Assembly: GCA_019057475.1 (NCBI GenBank)
Contig: DXJO01000041.1
Span: 64,001 to 128,000, forward strand
Direction of reading: 5' to 3'
DNA: 64,000 nt
Origin: Candidatus Thorarchaeota archaeon
Lineage (GTDB): Archaea > Asgardarchaeota > Thorarchaeia > Thorarchaeales > Thorarchaeaceae
Of the stretch, positions 8,961 to 19,284 are shown piece by piece; the first letter of the stretch is position 1, and each line of letters opens with the position of its first letter. The position numbers were made by a program, and so were the translations under genes. Below the pieces are notes generated by a model that worked only from the letters and a program-made list of their open reading frames with translations, was not told the DNA's origin and made no database searches.

Positions 8961-11798
8961 TCATTTCAATTCCTTAAGAATCAAGTTGTCTATTCGTTTC
9001 TTGGATTCCAACTCAGAGAGCCCCCAGCATTCAATGTAAGTCAAATTCAAGAACTGGAGCGCTTTCATGACATCCCTACGGTGATGTTCAGAAATCTTGG
9101 TCGCAGCTTCATGGAACATTTTGATGGCTTTAACGAAGTTTGCTTCCGCTTCTTTGCATTTGCTCAACCCATGATAGGTTTTTCCAAAATTTGCATATAT
9201 CATGGCCATTTCAACAAGATGGGTTTCTCTTGAGTTTTCAAGTAGCTTCTTCCTAATCTCCATTGATTCAAGTAGGTATTTTCCTGCCGTCCCCCATCTC
9301 TCCAAACAGTGCAGTGCAATGGCGATATTATTCAAGTTCGCTGCAATTGCAGCTCCATAGGCATTTCCTTCCTCAGGAAGTGATCGCCAAATATCTAGTG
9401 CTTCCAAGTGAAGCTCCAATGATTCTGAGCATTTTCCGATATCAGTGTAGAGAAACCCAAGAGCATTAAGTGCATTCGCAAGATTCATTTCAAAGAAACT
9501 GGATACTTCTGCATCTAGTTCTCTATAGATGGCTATGCTCTCTCTCAAGCGTTCTTCGCTTTCGTGTAGAAGTTTTGGATTTCCTGAACTGATTCCTAAT
9601 CTATGACAAGCGATTCCAAGTGCATTCAGAGTGTCAGCAACCGATGAGATATGAATATGAAACGGAAGCATTTCGTCAAGAGTTTTACGTATATCAAGAG
9701 TCTCTGTAAGCATGGAAATACTTGAATTGAGATTGCCAGAATCCTTTAGAAGTAGTCCAAGGTTGTGGAGAATCGTCCCTCTCAAAGAGAGATAGATTTC
9801 AGGGTACTTGTCTAGTTGCTGCTGAACAACATCTAAAGCTCTCCTAAAATGTAACTCTCCTTGTTTGTAGTTGCGTAGTCCATAATAGGATAAACCTAGA
9901 CTGTTATGGACTCCAACCAAATTATAGAAGAACTCTTCTTCTTTTCTGGCTGAAAGGTTTTCAAAAAGATTCAATGATTCATTCAAGGATTTCAGAGACT
10001 CGGAGAATCGACCTAGTCGACGATAGAGATTTCCTAGATTGTTCAGGTTTCCAGCTTTACCTTCCTGAGAAATGTCGGGATGTGAGTCAATGAATTGGTT
10101 GTTGATTGCCAATGCATCTTTCAAGTATGTTTCTGCATCTGTAAGTTGCCCTTTACTTCGGCATAACAATGCGTAATTGTTCAGCACGCCTGCCACATGC
10201 AACAATCTTTCATCTTTTGGTTCAATTGGTTCAGTTTTATATCTGCTAATAGCTTCCACAAATTGCACACTGGCGTCACCCAGAACACCAATGTCCAAAT
10301 AGGATTGACCTAGCATTCCCTTCTGAATTGATTTGAACCAATCTGATCGAAATTCAACAGATTCGAGCAGTTCAGATATTTCTTCATACTTGTGCCGCAT
10401 TCGAAAACTTCGCAGGATTGGTCGAAGCTCTTGCATCGCATGGTTTTCCGAGTATAATGCTGCAGAAGAAACAGCTAGTGACAGAAAAGATAGGTTTCCA
10501 CTCTCTTTGTAGTGTTTCATAAGAATTGAACTTGCTTCTAGGATGATTTCAGGCGTGTCTTCATTGACCATCCTGATGGCAAGCTCGCGTGCAATCTCAT
10601 GCATTCTGAAGTATGGCTCTTCAAAAGTAATGACACTCAATCTAATGAAATCCCTCCAAATCTGCGGGTCTAGAGATGGGCAAATTAGCCGAGCTATATT
10701 TCTGTCAAAATGCGGAATTAGGGCTAATCTACTAGCGATTGGAGATAAATGTCGAAGTCCGTCAAAGAGAAGCTTCCATGATCTCTCATATACTTCTGAT
10801 ATGGTATGTTGTTCAAAATCGGTCAACTCTGAAATGACTAAAGCATCTCTCTCAAAGGCATCACAGAAAGCATGAATTACAAACGGTGACTCGTGACTTG
10901 ATAGTATGATGATATTTCGTATCTCTTTAGGTATTCCTCTTTTTTCAAGAATTTTGTTGCAGCTTTTGCGATCAAGTTGTTGTATTTCTTTGTCCTGCCT
11001 TGATACCCCCAGCACTTGAGGTGGAAGGGGTAGCGTTCTTGCTGCAAGTACTCCTAGACTTCCCTTTACCTTGGTCAGAAATAAATGCCACAGTTCACCT
11101 TCACTTAAACTGACCACTTCATTTCCAACTTTAGAAGGAAAACGCATGAAATCATCCAAATGATCAATGGAGTCCAACATGATTAGGAATGGTAGGTCCT
11201 TCTCCGTTACGGCATTATTCAAATCTTGGGCTAAACCATCAAGAAAAAGTTGAATAGCGAACCCTGGGTTTACTCTAAGAAGCTCTAGGAATCGTCGACC
11301 ATAATCCTTGCCAAGTTGTTCCTTCAACCAAACGCCCACTTCTCCAAAATGCATGTCTACAAGTTTATGCAGTTTCTTTCCGGTAGTAGACATGGCTACT
11401 GCGATTTTGGCAATCTGGCTTAAAGGGGGAATCCAATCCACTAAGTCTTTGATCCATCGCTTGCTTTCAGGCCTATGAGGTTCAATTCCCTTGACTAATC
11501 GAGTTCTAAGATCCAGCAGTCGATTGGATATGCTTGTCTTAATCCCCTTAGCATTGATTTCTCTGACTAGTGCCCTGTATCTTGAGTAGAAATCTCCATG
11601 GTCTCTGAAATTAACTAGAAATGAGTATTCATGCCTATGTACCAATGCCTTGAGAATGGCACTCTTTCCAATTCCTCCAATTCCGAAGATACCAACCATC
11701 GCGGTTTCTCCATCCTTGCAGGCATTCATAGTATCCAATATCCATTCAATCGTGTCCGTTCTACCCACAAAGAAAGTATCCTTTTCTAGTTGGGACAT
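8961..11798 (-). CDS. STAND-like NTPase with C-terminal TPR array
   Basis: FVGR..., Walker A GIGGIGKS, Walker B LIMLDSID, RMHEIARE (MHD-like), many LNNLG/LNALG TPRs. Confidence 0.85.
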   Translation of the reverse strand: MSQLEKDTFFVGRTDTIEWILDTMNACKDGETAMVGIFGIGGIGKSAILKALVHRHEYSFLVNFRDHGDFYSRYRALVREINAKGIKTSISNRLLDLRTRLVKGIEPHRPESKRWIKDLVDWIPPLSQIAKIAVAMSTTGKKLHKLVDMHFGEVGVWLKEQLGKDYGRRFLELLRVNPGFAIQLFLDGLAQDLNNAVTEKDLPFLIMLDSIDHLDDFMRFPSKVGNEVVSLSEGELWHLFLTKVKGSLGVLAARTLPLPPQVLGVSRQDKEIQQLDRKSCNKILEKRGIPKEIRNIIILSSHESPFVIHAFCDAFERDALVISELTDFEQHTISEVYERSWKLLFDGLRHLSPIASRLALIPHFDRNIARLICPSLDPQIWRDFIRLSVITFEEPYFRMHEIARELAIRMVNEDTPEIILEASSILMKHYKESGNLSFLSLAVSSAALYSENHAMQELRPILRSFRMRHKYEEISELLESVEFRSDWFKSIQKGMLGQSYLDIGVLGDASVQFVEAISRYKTEPIEPKDERLLHVAGVLNNYALLCRSKGQLTDAETYLKDALAINNQFIDSHPDISQEGKAGNLNNLGNLYRRLGRFSESLKSLNESLNLFENLSARKEEEFFYNLVGVHNSLGLSYYGLRNYKQGELHFRRALDVVQQQLDKYPEIYLSLRGTILHNLGLLLKDSGNLNSSISMLTETLDIRKTLDEMLPFHIHISSVADTLNALGIACHRLGISSGNPKLLHESEERLRESIAIYRELDAEVSSFFEMNLANALNALGFLYTDIGKCSESLELHLEALDIWRSLPEEGNAYGAAIAANLNNIAIALHCLERWGTAGKYLLESMEIRKKLLENSRETHLVEMAMIYANFGKTYHGLSKCKEAEANFVKAIKMFHEAATKISEHHRRDVMKALQFLNLTYIECWGLSELESKKRIDNLILKELK

Positions 11799-11953
11799 CT
11801 TCGGTCACCAGGTGAAGAAACGCTTATCTTTGAGGACGAGTATCAAAATGCATTTCTCTGCAAAACAAGAGAGATGGCAATGCTTGCGAGTCCTCAAGAC
11901 AGTTGCTAATACCGAAAGCATTTCATTCTTCCTGATTTCGGTCTTCTAGTTCC

Positions 11954-12913
11954 TTGATTATTGGTTCTATGCACATCCATGAATCTTTATGTCAATCCAC
12001 TGAAGCAACAAACGAGGGTTATGAATTGCTAACTGACAACCGACAGACGATGTTGGACAGAAATGTGGATTATTGCAGACAAGTAGTGGTTGTTGTAATA
12101 GCTGCAGTTGGAGCATACTGGTCCACAACTCTGGCATCGGAGGTTTTGCTACCATGGACTCTGTTCCTGTTTGGAGGCGCCATTATTTACACTCTCGTTC
12201 TGCCATACAAAAGAGCATCATTGATAGAGGGCCGTTGGGGTCTTCCAGCCAGAGTCAAGGCACTTACTGTTGTCTTGATGGGATCCCCCTTCTACCTGTT
12301 TCCCTCAATTGCAGTACTCTTGGACACTTCTTTGGCGGAATCCCTGCCCATGTTTCACTACCAAATCGCAACATTCCAGTTTGAAACGGCATTCAGCTCC
12401 TTCATACCACTAGTAATGAGTTTCCTATACGGAGGCTTATTCGCGTCAATACTCACTGCGCGTGTTGGTATTCGGTTCATTCTCAGGAAATTTCGCTATG
12501 GAGAGGCAGAAATAAATGAAACGCTTAGGTATGCAACAGACAGAACTGGTCGCATAGAACTTGGCTTTTCTCTTGCGATTGTCTTCGCTGCTCTTTATGT
12601 GATAGCAGGATGGTATCGCCTTGACGTTTCAAGCACGTCACAGTATTACTTCTTTGGTGCTTTTCTTCTAGTGATGATGTTAGTCTTCTATGGGTACTTC
12701 TTTGTAACCTATACACCATCTGTATGTCCCAAGTGGACTCGAAGACTCCTAGAGGCGATTCTTCTTCTCTCAATCTTTGCAACAATTATCGGCTACCTAT
12801 TGGGGATACTCTTCGCATTAGCGGCAATCACTCTTCTCCATTTCCTTTCCAACAAAGGCCGCCGCAAGCTTGAGCTTAGAGCGTTTGTTGAGGAGAAACA
12901 AGAGGAGAATTAG
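11954..12913 (+). CDS. Multi-pass membrane protein
   Basis: About 8 hydrophobic segments; start uncertain. Confidence 0.65.
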   Translation: MIIGSMHIHESLCQSTEATNEGYELLTDNRQTMLDRNVDYCRQVVVVVIAAVGAYWSTTLASEVLLPWTLFLFGGAIIYTLVLPYKRASLIEGRWGLPARVKALTVVLMGSPFYLFPSIAVLLDTSLAESLPMFHYQIATFQFETAFSSFIPLVMSFLYGGLFASILTARVGIRFILRKFRYGEAEINETLRYATDRTGRIELGFSLAIVFAALYVIAGWYRLDVSSTSQYYFFGAFLLVMMLVFYGYFFVTYTPSVCPKWTRRLLEAILLLSIFATIIGYLLGILFALAAITLLHFLSNKGRRKLELRAFVEEKQEEN

Positions 12914-13014
12914 ATGAGAAAAAGAAAAGGGAAAGAGACAAGCTTGATCAGGACCGGTGGACGTATTACTTCTACAAACTGTATCCAAGCTTAGAATATG
13001 GCATATACGGTGCG

Positions 13015-13230
13015 GTGACTTTGGGGATTCTTGGCTTCTCAGTTCTTTCACTTGTTGGATACCAAATTGGATTTGTTGAGTTGCTTCTTTTCTTGCTTCT
13101 GATTAGTGGTATCTATTTCGGACTTCCTAGGGCGTACTTCTTACTGAAAGTTCATCGCGGAGAGTTTGATGATATCGTAAGAAGGCTCGAATCCAAGCGG
13201 GTTGAAGGAGCCTTTGACCTGCTCAGTTAG
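13015..13230 (+). CDS. Small membrane protein (frame open further upstream without a canonical start)
   Basis: Two TM segments; stop lies just before the first tRNA fragment. Confidence 0.45.
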   Translation: MTLGILGFSVLSLVGYQIGFVELLLFLLLISGIYFGLPRAYFLLKVHRGEFDDIVRRLESKRVEGAFDLLS

Positions 13231-13236
13231 TCATTG

Positions 13237-13284
13237 TCCTTGGCATGGAAGAGGTCCCGAGTTCGAATCTCGCTCGGTCCACCA
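13237..13284 (+). repeat. tRNA-Ala 3'-half copy 1 (att-like)
   Basis: TCCTTGGCATGGAAGAGGTCCCGAGTTCGAATCTCGCTCGGTCCACCA; 42/48 identical to 1134-1181. Confidence 0.92.
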
Positions 13285-13341
13285 ATCATCTTCATAGTTG
13301 TTTCGGGTTTCATCCACGATTCCTAACATGAAGCCGGGCTA

Positions 13342-14256
13342 TTGCTAGCACTCTTTTATAGTACAATGGGATCAATAGATTGTGAATCAAATCATATCCA
13401 GACAATAAGGGGGCGGCTTCTAATAACGAGTCAACGCGAAAATGATTGGGGAAAAATCGTTGCTAATAAACAGGTCCAGACGTGGTTGAAGAATGATGAG
13501 GAGCATGTACTTCCAATCATGATTAAGGATTTCAGGGGCCTTTCACTTGGACCGGCCAAACTTATTCCTACCTATGACACCAAAGAGATCCCTAAAGCGC
13601 TCAAATCAATAGATGTAGAATTACTACGCAACCAAAAGGGTGGCTGCTTGTTAATCAAGAGGAAAGCTGTTGGCTCGCAGACATTGTTTCCAAAGCTTCC
13701 CACTCCCACGAAATCACATTCCGGACTCCCCTTCCAGTCAATCCCTGAATTATCTGTACTGAGAAAACCAAAATCCCGACTTGTAAATGAAGAAACAGGA
13801 ATACACTTAGCTTGGACCATGGGCATCCTTCAATCTTTTTTCATGGAGGTTTTCTCTCCGTACGAGCAATTTGCAGTTGGGGGAAGATTGAAGACGCGTG
13901 TTAAGGGGAAGTTCATGATATTGGGTCAAGATTATCCCGTTGACGCTCTTGTCGAAGCTGATGGATACTTTGAATCTCGGGATAGAATAATCGTATTGGA
14001 GGCAAAACAATCAGACAACAATCAATTTTGTGCAGACTTTAGCATCCATCAACTCCTACTACCTCTCATGTTGGTAAGAGGAATCACTAAGAAGATGAGT
14101 AGTGGGATGTTCTTAGACTATTCAATTAGCAGAAGTGATGGACGAGCAACAGTAAACTACAGGATTTACCACTATGATATCCCTGGAAGCGATTCATCGA
14201 TTGATCCGTTTAGTTACAGAGCAGGCTCGTCAAAGGAATATTTGATAACCATTTAG
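13342..14256 (+). CDS. Type II restriction endonuclease-like PD-(D/E)XK protein
   Basis: VEADGYFE...IIVLEAKQ...DFSIHQL motif. Confidence 0.65.
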   Translation: MLALFYSTMGSIDCESNHIQTIRGRLLITSQRENDWGKIVANKQVQTWLKNDEEHVLPIMIKDFRGLSLGPAKLIPTYDTKEIPKALKSIDVELLRNQKGGCLLIKRKAVGSQTLFPKLPTPTKSHSGLPFQSIPELSVLRKPKSRLVNEETGIHLAWTMGILQSFFMEVFSPYEQFAVGGRLKTRVKGKFMILGQDYPVDALVEADGYFESRDRIIVLEAKQSDNNQFCADFSIHQLLLPLMLVRGITKKMSSGMFLDYSISRSDGRATVNYRIYHYDIPGSDSSIDPFSYRAGSSKEYLITI

Positions 14257-14304
14257 CCTCTTTGGATAACTTAGCACTTGTGACGCACTCTGCGTGCATC
14301 CAAA

Positions 14305-14344
14305 ATGGAAGAGGTTGCGAGCTCGAATCTCGGGTGGTCCACCA
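14305..14344 (+). repeat. tRNA-Ala 3'-end copy 2
   Basis: ATGGAAGAGGTTGCGAGCTCGAATCTCGGGTGGTCCACCA; 31/40 identical to the tRNA 3' end. Confidence 0.85.
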
Positions 14345-14440
14345 CCTTCTTCTATTTCTAAAGGAAACTGGACGGTTCAAGTTTCCAAGCACCTCGTCAT
14401 TCTTATGGGAACTAATCCATACATGTAGTGGTACTGAATC

Positions 14441-14923
14441 ATGCTCTTCGTCACAGTTGCAGGTCTACTCTCATGGTTTATTCCAAGAAGAAGAGTGCAG
14501 TGGAAATGGTCTCTTGTAGCCTTTCTCCTAGTGACTTTGACAGTTTCATTATGGGTCATAGATGATGTCCGAGCAGCCGGTGTGGTACGTGATGTCACTC
14601 GTTCAGAAGGAGACCTTGTCTACTCCATTGTATATCTCAACAGCACTGCATTGTTCCCGTTTGTACTGCAGAAGCATCACAATTGGACCGCAAGGTCATT
14701 CGTATACTATATTCGGTTCTTGAACCATGATGGTAGCCTAGTTTCTCAGACAAGGCCAGGCCCCGATCAGAGTGAGTTTATGCATATGGCTTTGTTTGCA
14801 ATATCGATTTCCCTCTGCTTTCAAGGATTCATAATAGCTCTGCTTGCAATTCTAGGGGCGGAATTCATCACATGGTGGCGAAAACCGAACAGAATGGATA
14901 TTCTGCGTAGTATTACAGAGTAA
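14441..14923 (+). CDS. Membrane protein
   Basis: Three TM segments; sole gene between repeats 2 and 3. Confidence 0.6.
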   Translation: MLFVTVAGLLSWFIPRRRVQWKWSLVAFLLVTLTVSLWVIDDVRAAGVVRDVTRSEGDLVYSIVYLNSTALFPFVLQKHHNWTARSFVYYIRFLNHDGSLVSQTRPGPDQSEFMHMALFAISISLCFQGFIIALLAILGAEFITWWRKPNRMDILRSITE

Positions 14924-14942
14924 CTCTCTTATCTTCCAGTTG

Positions 14943-14970
14943 GCGAGTTCGAATCTCGCCCGGCCCACCA
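14943..14970 (+). repeat. tRNA 3'-end copy 3
   Basis: GCGAGTTCGAATCTCGCCCGGCCCACCA; 24/28 identical; intact T arm. Confidence 0.9.
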
Positions 14971-15002
14971 ATCGTTTTCGTAGTCGTTCCTTTCAACGAA
15001 TT

Positions 15003-15467
15003 TCATCCACGACTCCGCTCATGAAGTCGAGTTCGAATTCTGTCAAGCAACAGGCGTATGTCTATTCGGTAGGGCGAGAAGAGATAAAGCAGTCCTAGAG
15101 CAACCCAGACAATCCAGATTCCACAATGTATGAACATTATGTAGAATACCTGGTCAATAAGATATCCATGTGAAAGCGCCTGATACCCCCCGGACGGAGC
15201 TGGAATGGGAAGGAATCTCCCGGGAGGGAGGCTTGACCACATCAACCCCTCTTCGAGGCTCCACCACCAACCACCAATAAACCAAGCGGATATCAAAATC
15301 CAAATGTAGTAGACCAAAATGAGAGCAACCATGACGCGGCGTATCCGGGCAGCCCTGTCCACATGACGCCTCACTAGCAGGTTTTGATTCCGGAACTCCA
15401 CATTCAGAGTATTCGATTCACTCATCGATATCTCACAATTCCAGAGCAATGATACTCTACGAGTCAA
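15003..15467 (-). CDS. Membrane protein
   Basis: Two TM segments; sole gene between repeats 3 and 4. Confidence 0.6.
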   Translation of the reverse strand: MTRRVSLLWNCEISMSESNTLNVEFRNQNLLVRRHVDRAARIRRVMVALILVYYIWILISAWFIGGWWWSLEEGLMWSSLPPGRFLPIPAPSGGYQALSHGYLIDQVFYIMFIHCGIWIVWVALGLLYLFSPYRIDIRLLLDRIRTRLHERSRG

Positions 15468-15531
15468 TTGCCCAGCTTTGGCAATAATCTTCCTATTTCA
15501 GTAATTGATTCCAGTAGACGACTGTATGCAC

Positions 15532-15552
15532 CGAATCTCGGCGGGTCCATCA
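15532..15552 (+). repeat. tRNA 3'-end copy 4 (degenerate)
   Basis: CGAATCTCGGCGGGTCCATCA. Confidence 0.65.
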
Positions 15553-15592
15553 CACTTTTCAAATCTTGGACATCTGCATGTCTTGAAAAGCC

Positions 15593-16195
15593 ATGAAACA
15601 CAAACTGCTTCTCGAATTGCCAGAAATCCTAGAAACAGATGCACTGGTCATTAGGAAATACAGGAGAGAAGATGGAAAGCAATACAATGATCTGTTTGAG
15701 AGGAATAACAATCGAGATTTGTTGAAAGAACACGTTGATGAGGCTACAGAAATCACTACAACGGAGAAAGCTGAGATCAGGATAAGAGAACATGCTGCAG
15801 AATGGGAAGCACGAACAAGGTTTGTGATGGGCGTATGGTTGAAGAAAGAAGAACTGTATATTGGCCAGATTTGGATTGAGCCCAAGAATTGGGAAGTACC
15901 GTCATTCGAACTCGGCTATTTCTTGGATGACGGATATCAGGGACATGGCATTGCATTTGTAGCAGCTAAACGTTCTCTAAGGTTCCTCTTCGATGAACTT
16001 CACGCTCACAAAGTGATGATTCTGACACGTGACACAAACGAAAAGAGCTGGAAACTAGCTGAACGACTTGGTTTTGTGAGGGAAGGTCATCTAAGGGAAT
16101 GCGGCGTTGGGAGTGGCAAACGTTGGGGTCAGTATCATTATGGAATGCTTGTAGGAGAGTACAGGACAAAGCAAAAGGGTACTTCACAGGGATAG
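15593..16195 (+). CDS. GNAT acetyltransferase, RimJ/RimL family
   Basis: ELGYFL...YQGHGIA and NEKSWKLAERLGFVREG.LR motifs. Confidence 0.88.
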   Translation: MKHKLLLELPEILETDALVIRKYRREDGKQYNDLFERNNNRDLLKEHVDEATEITTTEKAEIRIREHAAEWEARTRFVMGVWLKKEELYIGQIWIEPKNWEVPSFELGYFLDDGYQGHGIAFVAAKRSLRFLFDELHAHKVMILTRDTNEKSWKLAERLGFVREGHLRECGVGSGKRWGQYHYGMLVGEYRTKQKGTSQG

Positions 16196-16681
16196 CATGA
16201 TTCAATCTCAAAGGAATCTGATGCTGGCCATCTTATCGCTGATTCCAATCATGTATTCATTCTAAGGGTCGCTAAATTGAAATCGCAAAGTTGTGAAAAA
16301 CACTATAAGTTTTCATGAGCATTAAGAGATTGAGGAGTTTCTTTGCAGCTTGAGATTGTCCCTGAAACCGTTCTCATAAGCGTCTTTGTGGGGACATGCC
16401 TTCTCTTCACACTATACCTGATATTGAAGACATGTTCTGAAAGAAATTTGGTAAGACCTGAACGAAGGGGAGGAACACCGAGGGTTGACGACTTGACCGC
16501 AACACAGAGTGCATATGGGCATGAGGTTTCGTATTCCTCTAGCATCCGTGGGTGTGGATCTTCAGCAGGTCCTTTTCCAATTGGTGGAAGAACAGAAAGA
16601 CTTCCCACAAGGTCGTTTGGAAGCTACACTAAACCGAGAAGGAAATCAAAGAAAAGCTGACTTGTGACTTGAGGAAATCCT

Positions 16682-16711
16682 GGTGCGAATCGAATCTCGC
16701 CCGGTCCAGCA
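16682..16711 (+). repeat. tRNA 3'-end copy 5
   Basis: GGTGCGAATCGAATCTCGCCCGGTCCAGCA. Confidence 0.8.
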
Positions 16712-17029
16712 CTCACTCCTAGGAATTATTGATTTTTCTCACGGTTTCTTTACATAAATGGTTGCTATAATGAGAACAACCGCGACACCAGCTCCAACAA
16801 CTAGAAACATTGTTTGCGAAGGGGGGATTGTGGAGGTTATGGGGGTTGTGGTTTCTGTTGTACTAGTTGTGTATGGCCATTATGCATATCTAGTTCTTGC
16901 CGCATTCATGACAATATTCCACATCTGATGATGACACTAGTAGTATCCTCGGTTCTAACTTTGGGAGTAATCGGAATAGTATTACTAGGAAGATGGTTTC
17001 AGAGGGATGGGGCGACTTCTTGATGGATT

Positions 17030-17836
17030 ATGATAAATAGAAGCAACGCCGAAAGGAATTCTATGAACGAGACTTTGAAGACAATTGATGATCGGAAATC
17101 GTTGAGAGGATATGATTCAAGAGAGATTTCTTCAGAACACAAGAAGTGGATTCTCCACAGTGCTTTTCGAGCTCCTACCGCGGGGAATATGATGCTTTAT
17201 TCCATCATTGAAGTAGCAGATCAAAAGATGAAGGATAAACTAGTCAAGACATGTGACAACCAACCCTTCATAGCCAAAGCCCCCCTTGTGTTATTGTTCC
17301 TTTCAGACATGCAGAGATGGTACGACCTCTTCGAATATTCCAGTGTACCAGACCTATGCAAGGAGCGAAGCATCGAATATGTCACCCCAAAAGAATCAGA
17401 CTTGCTGCTCGCTTCCTGTGATGCACTGATAGCGGCACAAAATGCTGTGATTGCTGCTGAGTCTTTGGGCATAGGTTCGTGCTACATTGGCGACATAATG
17501 GAGAACATAGAGATTCACAGAGAGATGTTTAATCTACCTAAGTGGGTCTTTCCAATAGCGCTTCTATGCTTCGGCTATCCCCGACGGGATGACCGGGATG
17601 ACCGTGAGAAGACACCCCGATTCCCTGAACACTTGGTGTATTTCAAGAACAAATACATCCGAACAGATGGTAAAGAATTCGAGTCAACACTCATGGCTCA
17701 AACCAGGGATAAGGAAGCCATCTTCAAAAAGGCCAAGAACATTGGGCAGTTCATCTATTTACGGAAGACCGGTGCAGACTTTACTACCGAGATGCGTCGT
17801 TCAGTCAAGGTCGCAATTACCGACTGGATTGAATGA
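17030..17836 (+). CDS. Nitroreductase family protein (NfsA/FRP-like)
   Basis: RKSLR, APTAGN, DALIAAQNAVIAAESLGIGSCYIG. Confidence 0.92.
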   Translation: MINRSNAERNSMNETLKTIDDRKSLRGYDSREISSEHKKWILHSAFRAPTAGNMMLYSIIEVADQKMKDKLVKTCDNQPFIAKAPLVLLFLSDMQRWYDLFEYSSVPDLCKERSIEYVTPKESDLLLASCDALIAAQNAVIAAESLGIGSCYIGDIMENIEIHREMFNLPKWVFPIALLCFGYPRRDDRDDREKTPRFPEHLVYFKNKYIRTDGKEFESTLMAQTRDKEAIFKKAKNIGQFIYLRKTGADFTTEMRRSVKVAITDWIE

Positions 17837-17875
17837 ATCAAGAATCGGTGCTAGACTGCGGATTACCAAATCGAT

Positions 17876-18724
17876 GTGAAGAGGTCGCCAGTTATGAATT
17901 CAGTTGCTCTGGTGAAGTGCAAAAGCAGCGTCGGCAAAGCCCTACAAGAGGGCCTTGAGCATATTGGTGGTTTCGGGGTTCTAGATTCTCCAGTTCTCAT
18001 CAAACCAAATATCTGCACAATATCAGACGATACAGGATACTCTGTTACTCAGGTAGAGGTTGTCAAAGCTTTAGTCGAGCTGTTATTGCAAACTGATGAG
18101 GACCTATCCATCAAGATTGTTGAGTCTGACAGCCAGAGTAAGTTTGCAGAAGAAGCCTTTGAGAAGTTCGGATACAAACGACTCTGTGATGATATGAAGG
18201 ACTCAGGATTCGATGTAAGGACTGTTGACCTCAGTAAGGACCCCTTGATGGAGCTCCAGTTCGTTGGGGATTACTTCGAGAATCCTGAACTGCCAGAAAC
18301 AGTCCTCAATGCAGGATATTTCATCTCAGTTGCAGTCCCTAAGACACACTATCTTTCCTTTATCACGGGGGCTTTGAAGAATCTCTTTGGAATCCTTCCA
18401 AGAAAAGACCAAGCGTACTATCATTCAAAGATAGATGAAGTGATTGTGGATTTAGCTAGAATCATCAGACCGAACCTATGCATTATTGACGCAAGAATAG
18501 GCGTTGAGGGATGGAATGGTCCTAAAACAAGAAGGCTTGATGCATACATCGTGGGACACGGAGCAGTATCAGTAGATGCAACAATGGCACGAATCATGGG
18601 TTTCGAGCCTGAACAGATTCGTCACATCATGGATTCGCATGATTATGATCTGGGTACGATTGATCCCACTGTTCTTGGTGAATCTATCGAGTCGATCGCA
18701 GTCAATTTCAAACCTCCGAGATAG
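17876..18724 (+). CDS. DUF362 family protein
   Basis: VLIKPN, VPKTH, GALKNLFG, VDAT.ARIMG. Confidence 0.85.
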   Translation: MKRSPVMNSVALVKCKSSVGKALQEGLEHIGGFGVLDSPVLIKPNICTISDDTGYSVTQVEVVKALVELLLQTDEDLSIKIVESDSQSKFAEEAFEKFGYKRLCDDMKDSGFDVRTVDLSKDPLMELQFVGDYFENPELPETVLNAGYFISVAVPKTHYLSFITGALKNLFGILPRKDQAYYHSKIDEVIVDLARIIRPNLCIIDARIGVEGWNGPKTRRLDAYIVGHGAVSVDATMARIMGFEPEQIRHIMDSHDYDLGTIDPTVLGESIESIAVNFKPPR

Positions 18725-18771
18725 AGAGAAATTATGTTTCTGATGCATATCCACATAATTATGGTCGAGGC

Positions 18772-18792
18772 CAAATCTCACTCGGTCCACCA
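18772..18792 (+). repeat. tRNA 3'-end copy 6
   Basis: CAAATCTCACTCGGTCCACCA; 20/21 identical to the resident tRNA end. Confidence 0.85.
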
Positions 18793-18948
18793 GTTTCATT
18801 ATGAAGCATTCAGAGAGAGATTGAACGGAACAATGGGATTAAGGGAAATTGGTCAAGACTCCCATTCTTCGAATGTGTGAGAAGATTCTTATCAAAGCTC
18901 GGCAAATCCTAACAGTCTGTGAATAATCGCAGACGGAGTTAGGAAAAG

Positions 18949-19200
18949 ATGAAATTCCTCATAGAATGGCATACTAAGCCAAAACATAGAGAGAAGTTGA
19001 ATAATCTAATCGAAAAGTGGAAGCCTCCAGACGAATTTAAATTCTTGATTCCGCCTTATCACGTGGTGGGTGGTCATCGAGGCATGGCTGTAATTGAAGT
19101 CGATGATGTGGAAATCCTCCAGAAGGGTCTAGGATTCTTCATGGATTTCGCGGATTTCGTGGTCACACCGATCCGTCCTTTGCTTCCTGTTCCTAAGTAG
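18949..19200 (+). CDS. DUF3303-like small protein
   Basis: MKFLIEW...GGHRGMAVIEVDD...VTPI pattern. Confidence 0.7.
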   Translation: MKFLIEWHTKPKHREKLNNLIEKWKPPDEFKFLIPPYHVVGGHRGMAVIEVDDVEILQKGLGFFMDFADFVVTPIRPLLPVPK

Positions 19201-19284
19201 TCCAGTTATCTATCAACTTGTGCATTGGAACTCTTTCAGTGAGTACGATACCCCATTCAATAAGAGAAAGAAAGAGCCTATCGA

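Noticed and set aside
14262-14519. 85-aa ORF spanning tRNA-end copy 2 (similarly 19213..19509 over copy 7)
   Set aside because: No motifs; overlap with repeats and real genes
16343-17023. Short ORFs 16343..16660 and 16814..17023
   Set aside because: Probably decayed membrane-protein remnants; the Cys-rich 69-aa reading looks like an off-frame artefact and no product can be supported
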